From positions 1 to 63,811 of the forward strand of contig CAYRUR010000006.1 of the NCBI GenBank assembly GCA_964427615.1: a stretch of 63,811 nt of DNA, given 5' to 3'. Both the position numbers and the translations under genes were made by a program. The notes below the pieces were generated by a model that did not search any database, was not told where the DNA came from, and saw only the letters and a program-made list of their open reading frames with translations. This document shows positions 50,804-58,102 of this stretch, in pieces. Position 1 is the first letter of the stretch, and each line of letters starts with the position of its first letter. Source of the stretch: an uncultured Gammaproteobacteria bacterium. Lineage in GTDB: Bacteria > Patescibacteriota > Microgenomatia > Levybacterales > GWA1-39-11.

Positions 50804-51115
50804 TCAGGTGAGGTCTGGATTGTACCATCCCGGAGAAGGATGATGTTTCCAGAATCTTCTGAAGAGCTTTTCTGCATCTTCTCGGACAGTTTTTTGAGAA
50901 GTCTCTATCCGACACTTGCTCGCTAGAGACCAACGTGGAGGTTTCTCCGGGTTGAGTTCTTTTGAGTAGAGTGCAATAGAGCCTCTCGGAGCTCTCCCTC
51001 CGTGTTTCAGAAGTACAGAGTTGAATGAGACACCGAAATGCGTTAAGTCTTCCATCACCTCCTGGGCGAATGAGTCTAGCTCCCACGCCACAATAACAAT
51101 AGGTTTTCCCTGCAT
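50804..51115 (-). CDS. hypothetical protein (island ORF B)
   Basis: 103-aa ORF with SD aaAAGGAGaactctgcATG. It is GC-rich. The N-terminal KPIVIVAWELDSFAQEVMEDL suggests a beta-alpha-beta unit. Confidence 0.55.
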   Translation of the reverse strand: MQGKPIVIVAWELDSFAQEVMEDLTHFGVSFNSVLLKHGGRAPRGSIALYSKELNPEKPPRWSLASKCRIETSQKTVREDAEKLFRRFWKHHPSPGWYNPDLT

Positions 51116-51147
51116 GCAGAGTTCTCCTTTTGATGCGGATGACGAAG

Positions 51148-51672
51148 CTAATAGAAGAGAGACATCTCTCGACGACGAGCTCTCGTGCGATTTCGATCTC
51201 TCTTCGGTCTGGGCTTCTTTTGGATTTTAAGCCCTTCGGTTCGGTGCCATGCGCCCTTGCTTCGGCGTTCGTAGTAGATAACGTCTTGAAGGACAGAGGC
51301 GAGGCTGGTCGTAAGCCACGGGTGCTTAGGTGGAAGATCATTCTCAGAGGAGACAAGCAGAGACTCTGCTGCTCTTGCTGCATTGAGTACCGACTCCGAG
51401 AAGTTACCCTTAAGGTTGTCTCGTAAGATTACTCCAAGTACGAACCTCTGTTCCCATACATGTTGCCCTTGGTGGGAGAGGAGAACGTGTCGTGCGTGTC
51501 TGCCAGGCCATCTTTCAGAGTTGCCCGAGGCAAAAAGAACGGAAAGATGAGGTGCAGGAGCGTGCCGATCTATGAAAGACACCTCGCATCCCTTGTCCTG
51601 CAGGATCTTGATTGCCGCTTCACTGAGGGGATCACCCTTGATTCCCACGTAACTAACAGGTCGCGTGCTCAT
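51148..51672 (-). CDS. hypothetical protein with Arg/Lys-rich tail (island ORF A)
   Basis: 174-aa ORF with SD aaAAGGAGccgacaaATG. Its C-terminal tail is KKPRPKRDRNRTRARRRE. It is GC-rich. Confidence 0.55.
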   Translation of the reverse strand: MSTRPVSYVGIKGDPLSEAAIKILQDKGCEVSFIDRHAPAPHLSVLFASGNSERWPGRHARHVLLSHQGQHVWEQRFVLGVILRDNLKGNFSESVLNAARAAESLLVSSENDLPPKHPWLTTSLASVLQDVIYYERRSKGAWHRTEGLKIQKKPRPKRDRNRTRARRREMSLFY

Positions 51673-51943
51673 TTGTCGGCTCCTTTTCTTTAGATCACTT
51701 CGTTCCGACTCCTCTTAGGGTAAGACTCGTGTCTACTCCTTTCCGATTTTTTCTACCGCTTCAGATTCCTAACCAAGAGTTTGAGGAGAGACAAATCCTT
51801 ATTGTACCCCCTCTACCCTTAGCTAGGAATAGAACTGTTCACAACCATTTGTTCTGAATATGTAGCATACTAATCTTCCGCTTGTGGAAGCTGTTTTGCC
51901 TATTCAGAACAGTTTTTAATGTGCAATAATGCATTTTTTTAGC
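51673..51943 (-). promoter_or_regulatory. long structured 5' leader between the cassette 2 terminator and ORF A
   Basis: It contains the TTGCACATT box (51926-18). A hairpin domain at 51850-51912 has outer stem tgttctgaata/tattcagaaca and inner stem cttcc-ACAAGC-ggaag. It is paralogous to 52759-52935. Confidence 0.4.
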
Positions 51944-52132
51944 AAAAAAAATCCTCCCGTTTTGTGGGAGGTTCTCTTTTTTTGCTTTTATTTTTTGAAT
52001 TACTTTCTTCTTAATAAAATCCTCCCACAAATTAGTCTCTCCAGACAAGGAGATTGACCATGCATGTAATGTGGAATGGATTCATATTCATAATTCTTGC
52101 TCATTGTAAAAGAATGACTCTTGTTTTGTCAA
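51944..52132 (-). promoter_or_regulatory. cassette 2: promoter, leaderless mini-ORF, antiterminator/terminator
   Basis: -35 TTGACA (52132-27), 18 nt, TACAAT (52108-03), ATG 52091. E1 GTGGGAGG (52028-21), E2 CCTCCCAC (51971-64), E3 GGGAGG (51958-53), U8 (51951-44). Confidence 0.6.
52032..52091 (-). CDS. 19-codon mini-ORF of cassette 2
   Basis: MNMNPFHITCMVNLLVWRD. Its stop TAA lies 3 nt 5' of E1. Confidence 0.4.
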   Translation of the reverse strand: MNMNPFHITCMVNLLVWRD

Positions 52133-52148
52133 GATGAAAATGGGACGA

Positions 52149-52176
52149 GAGAGCGTGGATATTACTCCACGCTCTC
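52149..52176 (-). terminator. perfect 11-bp hairpin just after the ORF C stop (possible terminator or processing site)
   Basis: gagagcgtgga-tattac-tccacgctctc. On the minus strand it is followed only by a short interrupted U stretch (cgucccauuuuc). Confidence 0.4.
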
Positions 52177-52182
52177 CATGAA

Positions 52183-52758
52183 TCAGACAAGGTGAGTGCT
52201 GAGCATGGTTTCTGTAAGCCAAAATCGTGCTTCTGCTCCTGCTCTTTGTTCTTTCCTGTTCTCCTTTCTACCTTTGTGGGTGGCTTTCTCGTATTTTCGT
52301 TTTATGTGTGCCAGCGCACGTCTATGAGGTCTTCGGTCTGAACGTGAGAGCCGTTGCTTTGGCATACGTATCTCTCCCAGGGCTTTTCTCACTCGTCTCT
52401 GCCATGCAATGACTTCATTTCCCCCGTAGAGTCTTACTCCCAAAGAGTCGAAGTCCTCTGTGATGAGGAATGAGATGTATTTGTTAATCACGCCTCTCAA
52501 CTTCTTTATGCTCACATTCTCACCTACTTCAATTAGAAAAGGTGAATTAATGTCAGCAGGACAATCTTCGGGAACATGGGGAATAATCCTAACTTTGCTT
52601 CCCAAAGATTTATTGCCGATTAAGGCGATATCCTGTTGTTTGCACTGTACCTTCCCAATAACTTGGGTTGGAAATCCATCTACCCAAGCAAGTGCTAGGA
52701 TGGCGAGAGCGATGCTGTCGCTTTCAGAAGCAACAATGGTAGGAACGAACGAACTCAT
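52183..52758 (-). CDS. hypothetical protein with Arg/Lys-rich tail (island ORF C)
   Basis: 191-aa ORF with SD ttGAAGGAGGctcatcATG. The N-terminal VPTIVASESDSIALAIL and later ITEDFDSLG could fit a Toprim- or NYN-like fold (speculative). The tail is RSDRRPHRR...KRKYEK..KGRKENRK. Confidence 0.55.
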   Translation of the reverse strand: MSSFVPTIVASESDSIALAILALAWVDGFPTQVIGKVQCKQQDIALIGNKSLGSKVRIIPHVPEDCPADINSPFLIEVGENVSIKKLRGVINKYISFLITEDFDSLGVRLYGGNEVIAWQRRVRKALGEIRMPKQRLSRSDRRPHRRALAHIKRKYEKATHKGRKENRKEQRAGAEARFWLTETMLSTHLV

Positions 52759-52935
52759 GATGAGCCTCCTTCAACTGCTATGAGCTTAACAGACTTTCGA
52801 CAATGGGCCAAAACCCAAGGGATAAGAATCTCCTCTCACTTGTCTGATTATCTACTCTGAATAGACAAACAGTATCAGAAAATCTCTTGCTTATAAGAGA
52901 TCTGATATACGGTTATCAATGTGCAAATTTGCTAC
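52759..52935 (-). promoter_or_regulatory. structured 5' leader between the cassette 3 terminator and ORF C
   Basis: It contains the TTGCACATT box (52926-18) and the hairpin atcaga..tctctt-ATAAGC-aagaga..tctgat (52874-52906). The loop is conserved with the ORF A leader while the stems differ. Confidence 0.4.
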
Positions 52936-53109
52936 AAAAAAACCTCCCGTCTGGGAGGTGTCTGTAATTTGTATTAAATTTTAATTAGAAATTGGTATGT
53001 ATTCCTCCCACAACAAACCTAACCCCTCATTCTGGGGTGTTTGCTGCGTTTTGGTGAGGACACAAATACCATAAGAGGCATTATAACTAAATGGTTTCTG
53101 ATACGTCAA
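52936..53109 (-). promoter_or_regulatory. cassette 3: promoter, leaderless mini-ORF, antiterminator/terminator
   Basis: -35 TTGACG (53109-04), 18 nt, TATAAT (53085-80), ATG 53072. E1 GTGGGAGG (53011-04), E2 CCTCCCAG (52958-51), E3 GGGAGG (52948-43), U7 (52942-36). Confidence 0.55.
53019..53072 (-). CDS. 17-codon mini-ORF of cassette 3
   Basis: MVFVSSPKRSKHPRMRG. Its stop TAG lies 7 nt 5' of E1. The peptide is unrelated to those of cassettes 1 and 2. Confidence 0.3.
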   Translation of the reverse strand: MVFVSSPKRSKHPRMRG

Positions 53110-53127
53110 GCAAAAAGGAAAAATAGT

Positions 53128-53820
53128 CTACCCTGTTTGGGTAACAACGCTTCTTTCGTTGCTGAGGGTGAAGTTGTTGCCGTGTTTACCAGCCATATTC
53201 CAGTATTGTTTTTGAGATTTTTTGCTAGCAAAAAGGCTGAGCCAATTCTGTCCTTCTTCTATACGTGCACGCGCATTTTTAATGGTTATAAGCACCCATT
53301 CAAAGAAGCTTACCTCATATTGGGAAGGACGGTGTACTGTTTGGGTTTTTACCTGTGTGGAGACTTGCTTGAATGCTGTTTCCATTTCTTGTGAGGCAGT
53401 GATAAGTTTTCTAATTTCGGTCTGTACTTCTTGAATTCTGGCAACGGTTACTGAATTTTCTTCATGTTTTGTCTTTTCGGTAGAACTTTCAACATCTCTT
53501 CGGAAGTACTCCCGATGAAGAGCAAATCTTTTTTGAGACTCCATAACTCTGTTTTCTTGCTTTGTAACTGTTTTTTCTTCTTTTTGTAGGTATATTTCCT
53601 GCCCTTCTGATAAGATTCCTTCTGATTTTTTAGTAGATTTTTCTGTACCGAGAGCTTGTTTTGGAATACCTTCTGCAGTATTCTTTAAGAAGTTTTTGAA
53701 AAATTCGTCTAAAGCTGATGTACCGAGGTTTTTCAGTTCTCTTCCAGCACCCTCCCGTAAGGATTCAATCCCGTTATCCCGATACACAGTTCTTTTGTTG
53801 GTGTTGGCATTTCCTCTCAT
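53128..53820 (-). CDS. hypothetical protein
   Basis: 230-aa ORF. It is charged and coiled-coil-like, with a conserved-looking C-terminus WLSLFASKKSQKQYWNMAGKHGNNFTLSNERSVVTQTG. Confidence 0.5.
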   Translation of the reverse strand: MRGNANTNKRTVYRDNGIESLREGAGRELKNLGTSALDEFFKNFLKNTAEGIPKQALGTEKSTKKSEGILSEGQEIYLQKEEKTVTKQENRVMESQKRFALHREYFRRDVESSTEKTKHEENSVTVARIQEVQTEIRKLITASQEMETAFKQVSTQVKTQTVHRPSQYEVSFFEWVLITIKNARARIEEGQNWLSLFASKKSQKQYWNMAGKHGNNFTLSNERSVVTQTG

Positions 53821-53853
53821 GATGCCGTATTATAAGCTATATTTAGCTTGAAT

Positions 53854-54687
53854 TCAAATGTTTGAGAGAAAATCCAGTGTCTTTTGCTGCCGTATAATAG
53901 CAGCTAAAAGATAGGGATTTTGCATAACTTCCATTTTTTGTTTCTCATCTTGGATGGTTGCCAAAGCATCAGTAATATCTTTTTCTTCTACGGTGATTTT
54001 TTCTGCGTCTGCAATTTCTCTTAACACAAACTCAATTTTAAGGTCTCTTTCAGCTTGATCTTCATAATCCTTGCGCAAGTCTTTTACATCTTTACCTCTT
54101 CCCTCCAAAAATTGGTCCAGGGAAATACCAAGCCTTTTCAGCTCTTCATACATTTGAGAAATAAGCCTATTTGCTTCTTGTTCTTTTAATACTTGAGGAA
54201 TAGAAACTTTTGCAGTTTTCAAAACTTCACCGATTATTTCATCAAGATTTGGTTTTTTTTGCTCATTTTCTTTGCCTGGTACGATTATTTTTGATTTGGC
54301 AGTTATTTTTTTTACTTCATCTTTGTAGTTATTCAGGTCTACTTTAGGTTGTTCGCAGGTAATAGCCTGAAATACCAACTCAGTACCTTCATCAAAAGTC
54401 TCAATATGAATCTGAGGATTGGTAATTGGAGTGATTTTTTGCTCTTTTACTGCACTATTGTATGCTTCTGGAAGTACTTTTTTGAGTGTCTCCTCTTGTA
54501 CGAGCTCTTTTGGTAGTTTTTCTTTTGCAATATGTGCCGGAACATTCCCTTTACGAAATCCAGGGACATTGACTTGCTTCGCAAGCTTTGCTGTTACTGC
54601 TTCCCTTTCTTTTTCTACTGTTTCCCAAGGTACAGTGATGGTAAGCACTACATTTCCGTTTTCTTCGCGCTTTAATTCTGATTTCAT
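53854..54687 (-). CDS. tig: trigger factor, short form apparently lacking the PPIase domain
   Basis: ATG 54687 is preferred. It has the ribosome-binding signature VPGFRKGNVP. At 277 aa it is short against the roughly 430 aa typical of trigger factor. Confidence 0.8.
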   Translation of the reverse strand: MKSELKREENGNVVLTITVPWETVEKEREAVTAKLAKQVNVPGFRKGNVPAHIAKEKLPKELVQEETLKKVLPEAYNSAVKEQKITPITNPQIHIETFDEGTELVFQAITCEQPKVDLNNYKDEVKKITAKSKIIVPGKENEQKKPNLDEIIGEVLKTAKVSIPQVLKEQEANRLISQMYEELKRLGISLDQFLEGRGKDVKDLRKDYEDQAERDLKIEFVLREIADAEKITVEEKDITDALATIQDEKQKMEVMQNPYLLAAIIRQQKTLDFLSNI

Positions 54688-54895
54688 AGCGACTTTATTA
54701 TACACATAAAAAGTGATTTGTAAAATGGTGGAGTAATAGTAATATGTACTTTTGTAAGATAAATGTATGAATTTACTTGAAGATTTTATAAAAAATAATT
54801 AGAACTATTTTAAAATGTCTCTAATTTTTCCTTATAAAGGCTTAGAAAGTGTGGAAATTGTGAATGTATTTTTTGAGGAAGTTAAAGGTTGTCTG

Positions 54896-54978
54896 TGCGG
54901 GTGAGAGGACTCGAACCCCCACATCCTTGCGGACAATAGGTCCTAAACCTATCGCGTCTACCATTCCGCCACACCCGC
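54896..54978 (-). tRNA. tRNA-Leu (anticodon TAG)
   Basis: The reverse complement gcgggtgtggcggaatggtagacgcgataggTTTAGGAcctat is followed by a long variable arm and ggttcgagtcc. Confidence 0.9.
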
Positions 54979-55064
54979 GCAATCCATCCTATTATACCGT
55001 GTACCATATGATATTTCTAGCACGGAGAAGAAAAGAATGTTCTAAAGAAATGAATATAAGTAAT

Positions 55065-55144
55065 GTCATTCTGGCAAACGAAGTGCGTCCAGAATCGATG
55101 AGTAGATCCTGGATGCTCCGCCTTCGGCAGATTACCAGGATGAC
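55065..55144. repeat. palindromic intergenic element (gtcattctgg...ccaggatgac family)
   Basis: The termini gtcattctgg / ccaggatgac are inverted (9/10). Related copies are at 58811-58970 and 63603-63710. Confidence 0.65.
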
Positions 55145-55164
55145 GTAATATGCTCAGGCAAGAC

Positions 55165-55716
55165 TTAGAGTGTCAAAGCCAGTGTTGTTGAATTCAAAGA
55201 AATATACTCAGCATTAATTTCACTCATAAAGTGTGAAACACGATCTGACCAGTGGGTAGCAGCAGCATAAATAGGACCGATTTTATATACAGTATCAGCT
55301 CCTTTATCAATGTAATTTTTCTTCAAAGAACTGATAACAGTCTCAATGCCGTCCTCCCATGATTTGAAGTAAATGTATCCTCCACCCCAACCATAGGCAT
55401 TATATGAGCCTTGTACATACATATTTGCATAGTATGATTCAAGACCAGAGATAGCAGGCAACAGCTTCCAGTCCACACCATATTTATCTGCAATGCGCAC
55501 GTAATCTTTAGCGTACGGTACTAATGGTGAGTTATATTTCTTGAAGATATTCTCAAGAGCCACTACCCTCATGTCATGACCTGTTTTACCAGAGTCACTG
55601 GTATTGAGGAGGGCAGCTGAAGAGCCTGCCAATTTCGTAGTGGAGAAAGCAAATGTTTTTTCTGGGGTAATACTTATAGCAAGAAGAAGCGCTATAAGCA
55701 CAAGTATTTTTTTCAT
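55165..55716 (-). CDS. secreted protein, lytic-transglycosylase/muramidase-like (paralog 1)
   Basis: 183-aa ORF with a signal peptide. KYGVDWKLLPAISGLESYY...YGWGGG is paralogous to 55976-56584. Confidence 0.45.
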   Translation of the reverse strand: MKKILVLIALLLAISITPEKTFAFSTTKLAGSSAALLNTSDSGKTGHDMRVVALENIFKKYNSPLVPYAKDYVRIADKYGVDWKLLPAISGLESYYANMYVQGSYNAYGWGGGYIYFKSWEDGIETVISSLKKNYIDKGADTVYKIGPIYAAATHWSDRVSHFMSEINAEYISLNSTTLALTL

Positions 55717-55756
55717 GTTAGAGCCAGAAATTATGTTTATAGATTTTTCTAGCTTT

Positions 55757-55791
55757 AAAAAAAGCCAAATCTTTTGGATTTGGCCTTTTTT
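55757..55791. terminator. bidirectional intrinsic terminator
   Basis: aaaaaaaGCCAAATCttttgGATTTGGCcttttttt has A-run and T-run flanks. Confidence 0.6.
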
Positions 55792-55975
55792 AAATCCTAA
55801 AGTAGTTTTGGGCTACCTCAGGATCTAGAAAGCATTATAGCATTTAACTATGGGTTTGTCAACCCCTATTATGCAAATTGGCTTATAGGCAAATTTAGAT
55901 TCATTATGAGTAAGAAAATACCTGTAGTAATAATTACTTTACGTTAAAAATTGTCTATGTATTGTGTAATAGTAA

Positions 55976-56584
55976 CTAAAGGGAGGCTTCTATTTTTTCC
56001 ATGAAGAAAACTACTGATTCTGCCCAAGAACCATTACTGGAAGGAGTATATTTTTGCATTATTTTTTCAGGGTTATCATATCCTTTAGCTATGTATTCAG
56101 TGGCTAGTGTTTTTGACACTGTATTAATAGCTTGAGGGTAATTTTCAAATCGAGTTACTTTTTTGCCGTAAATGCCAAATCCCCAACAATTATATGAGTC
56201 TTTCGGTATTTTTTTACACAAACCACTCTCCTGCATGGCAATAGCGGGCAGAAGGCGATAATCAATTCCATATTTATCAGCTGCCAATACTACTTCTTTT
56301 GCGTGATCTTCCAAGGGTGAGGAGTATCTTTTAAAGAATTCTTTGAGTGCGGATTCTCGTGCGTCTACAGACTCAGCTTGAAGAGAAATGCCTTTTACGT
56401 CTTGAGGAAGCGCTTTATAGGTAACTCCTGGAGTAAAAAGGGTAAAATTTTTCTTTGTGTGCGGATCTGCATCATGGATGATATAGAGAGTATAAAACAT
56501 AATGAAAAGGAGAAGAAGCGGGGTTACCGTGAAATAACTGGCAAGCAGAAAAAACTTCCTTTTCATCTCATTTAATCCTTGCAT
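55976..56584 (-). CDS. membrane-anchored lytic-transglycosylase/muramidase-like protein (paralog 2)
   Basis: 202-aa ORF with an N-terminal TM segment. KYGIDYRLLPAIAMQESGLC...CWGFG has an SLT-like E-S motif. Confidence 0.5.
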   Translation of the reverse strand: MQGLNEMKRKFFLLASYFTVTPLLLLFIMFYTLYIIHDADPHTKKNFTLFTPGVTYKALPQDVKGISLQAESVDARESALKEFFKRYSSPLEDHAKEVVLAADKYGIDYRLLPAIAMQESGLCKKIPKDSYNCWGFGIYGKKVTRFENYPQAINTVSKTLATEYIAKGYDNPEKIMQKYTPSSNGSWAESVVFFMEKIEASL

Positions 56585-56640
56585 ATTTTTATGGAGCTTG
56601 TCAAGAAAGGAGCGTATTGGTACAATGTGAAGGTATTTGA

Positions 56641-56724
56641 GCCGAAGTGGCGGAATGGTAGACGCGCAGCGTTCAGGACGCTGTGTCCCTCAAGGATGTG
56701 GAGGTTCGAGTCCTCTCTTCGGCA
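56641..56724 (+). tRNA. tRNA-Leu (anticodon CAG)
   Basis: gccgaagtggcggaatggtagacgcgcagcgTTCAGGAcgctg is followed by a long variable arm and ggttcgagtcctctcttcggca. Confidence 0.9.
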
Positions 56725-56984
56725 CCCTCGTGTTAATATTTAGCGCTTAGCATATAGCGTTTAGTAATTAGATTACTCCTTTATTCTTTATTAGCGGGTT
56801 AACGAGTTGGTTTTTAGTATTAAGTATAAAGTATCAAGTATTAAGCATAAAAATATAAGGTTTAGCATCTCAACTTAAAAGAAAAAATACTTAATTCTTA
56901 CTTCTTAACTCTTAATTCTAATTTAGTGCTTGGCATTTTCTAGTTAGGTTTTAAAGCTGCATTTGGCTCTAAAAAGGAAAAAGG

Positions 56985-57125
56985 CGTCGGGATACCCGAT
57001 CAGAAAAGAAGTTCGTGGTAGTTACCACAGGAGCGCTTTTGGAACGCTATCTGGTTACTTCTCTCTTCTCAGCTATCTTCTTCCGACGCCTCTCTCTTGT
57101 CCGTTTTACTGGGAATACCCGAGGC
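56985..57125 (-). ncRNA. multi-stem structured element 3' of the Cys/His mini-protein gene
   Basis: On the minus strand, the closing stem GGCGTCGG/CCGACGCC encloses the hairpins gtggt-aact-accac and agcg..cgct. It is followed by ctttttccttttt. The repeated box cgggtat(t)ccc is present. Confidence 0.35.
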
Positions 57126-57344
57126 TTATTCTCTCCAAGGGAGCTTTTCTCCGTTGCTGGTAGTGCTGTTATGGGTATTCTCCCAATGTGCGCGAGCACA
57201 GGTTGTATGGTAATCGCCGTGCTCAGGACATCTCATCGTGGCAGATGAATTTCCTGCACTTATTAAGGCACGATTACATTCGCAGCACTTAAGCCCTTCT
57301 AGCTGGGTTTTTCTGTCGACCTGTTGCTTAGCTTGCTGAGTCAT
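57126..57344 (-). CDS. 72-aa Cys/His-rich (zinc-ribbon-like) protein in a GC-rich islet
   Basis: Start at ATG 57344 with SD agAAAGGAGcagagtacaatcATG. It contains CCEC...CPEH...H..C..H. The 5' UTR shares the AGTGATCT..AGAAAGGAGC box with island ORF A. Confidence 0.5.
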   Translation of the reverse strand: MTQQAKQQVDRKTQLEGLKCCECNRALISAGNSSATMRCPEHGDYHTTCARAHWENTHNSTTSNGEKLPWRE

Positions 57345-57576
57345 GATTGTACTCTGCTCCTTTCTTGAGGAGATCACTCTAAAGTTTTCAACGGACAAGA
57401 GAAAAACCTCAGGCAAGAGCGTATCTGTCAGTCTTTAAGACTTGAGAACACTCTTTCCGAGATAACGCCATTTTAGCATAAGAGTGAGGATTATGAGGAG
57501 GGTTGAAGAGTTGCGAGTTAAAGAATTAATGGGATGAAAGTGAGTATTTTTATTTCAAGTTAAAATTCTAAATTAT

Positions 57577-57657
57577 ATCGTCATCGCGAAGGAATGAAAT
57601 GACTGTGGCGATCTTTTTACGTAAAGGTATTGCTTCGTTTAGACTCGCAATGATGTC
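57577..57657. repeat. palindromic core repeat (cgtcatcgcgaagg...ctcgcaatgatg)
   Basis: Second full copy of the 1315-1396 element. Half copies are at 16925-16949/17990-18000 (split by the IS) and at 35261-35289 (inverted). Confidence 0.75.
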
Positions 57658-57769
57658 TTTATTTTCTATCCACTTTTATAAATTTCAAGATTCCCAAAAA
57701 AGCTTATTTTACCCCTAAATATTTTAAAAAGACATGATACAATAATGGTAGTTTTGGGTTACAAAAATA

Positions 57770-57802
57770 GTGGCAAGCAATAAAAGCCTTGCCACTTTTT
57801 TT
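57770..57802 (+). terminator. orphan intrinsic terminator upstream of 57872 ORF
   Basis: GTGGCAAGcaataaaagcCTTGCCACttttttt. A possible extended -10 (aTGaTACAAT) lies about 30 nt upstream. Confidence 0.45.
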
Positions 57803-57871
57803 GCCCTTTTATCATTTCTTATCCTCCTCTTACTCTTCTTTCTCTTGTATCTTACTCATTCCAGTTAGTAT

Positions 57872-58102
57872 TTGCTGGATATGAATGTTTTGCTTGCAGT
57901 CATACCCGCCATCATACTTGCTTCAATTATGGATGTGTTATTACTCTCATTTTCTATAGAACAATTCGCTTTCTCAGCCGTGGGAGCAACTATCATCATC
58001 TCTCGTTTTATGAAAAAACTAACGTACAGATCAGAAAGAAAACGAAACGGTATACAACGCTATCTTTCGCAATTTTTTATACAGAAAGACATTTCTCTAT
58101 GA
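57872..58102 (+). CDS. small membrane protein
   Basis: 76-aa ORF with two hydrophobic segments and no recognisable motif. Confidence 0.4.
   Translation: MLDMNVLLAVIPAIILASIMDVLLLSFSIEQFAFSAVGATIIISRFMKKLTYRSERKRNGIQRYLSQFFIQKDISL

Noticed and set aside
50724-51383. 219-aa minus-strand ORF overlapping island ORFs A and B
   Set aside because: It overlaps two SD-preceded ORFs in another frame. It has an R/S/C-rich nonsense-like composition and no SD. Long spurious ORFs are expected in GC-rich stretches because stop codons are depleted there.
51839-52048. 69-aa minus-strand ORF in the cassette 2 region
   Set aside because: It reads straight through the E1/E2/E3 hairpins and the U-tract terminator. 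It has a lysine-rich, A-tract-derived composition, so it is more likely noncoding regulatory RNA.
50590-52800. GC-rich island as an rRNA fragment, RNase P RNA, tmRNA, SRP RNA or group I/II intron
   Set aside because: I found none of the hallmark strings: no GAGGAAAGUCC-type P4, no tRNA-like tmRNA ends, no GUGYG 5' end or domain V consensus, no reverse transcriptase or maturase. The three ORFs have good SDs and codon-like structure. Only the 50590-50803 tail is kept as an ncRNA candidate.
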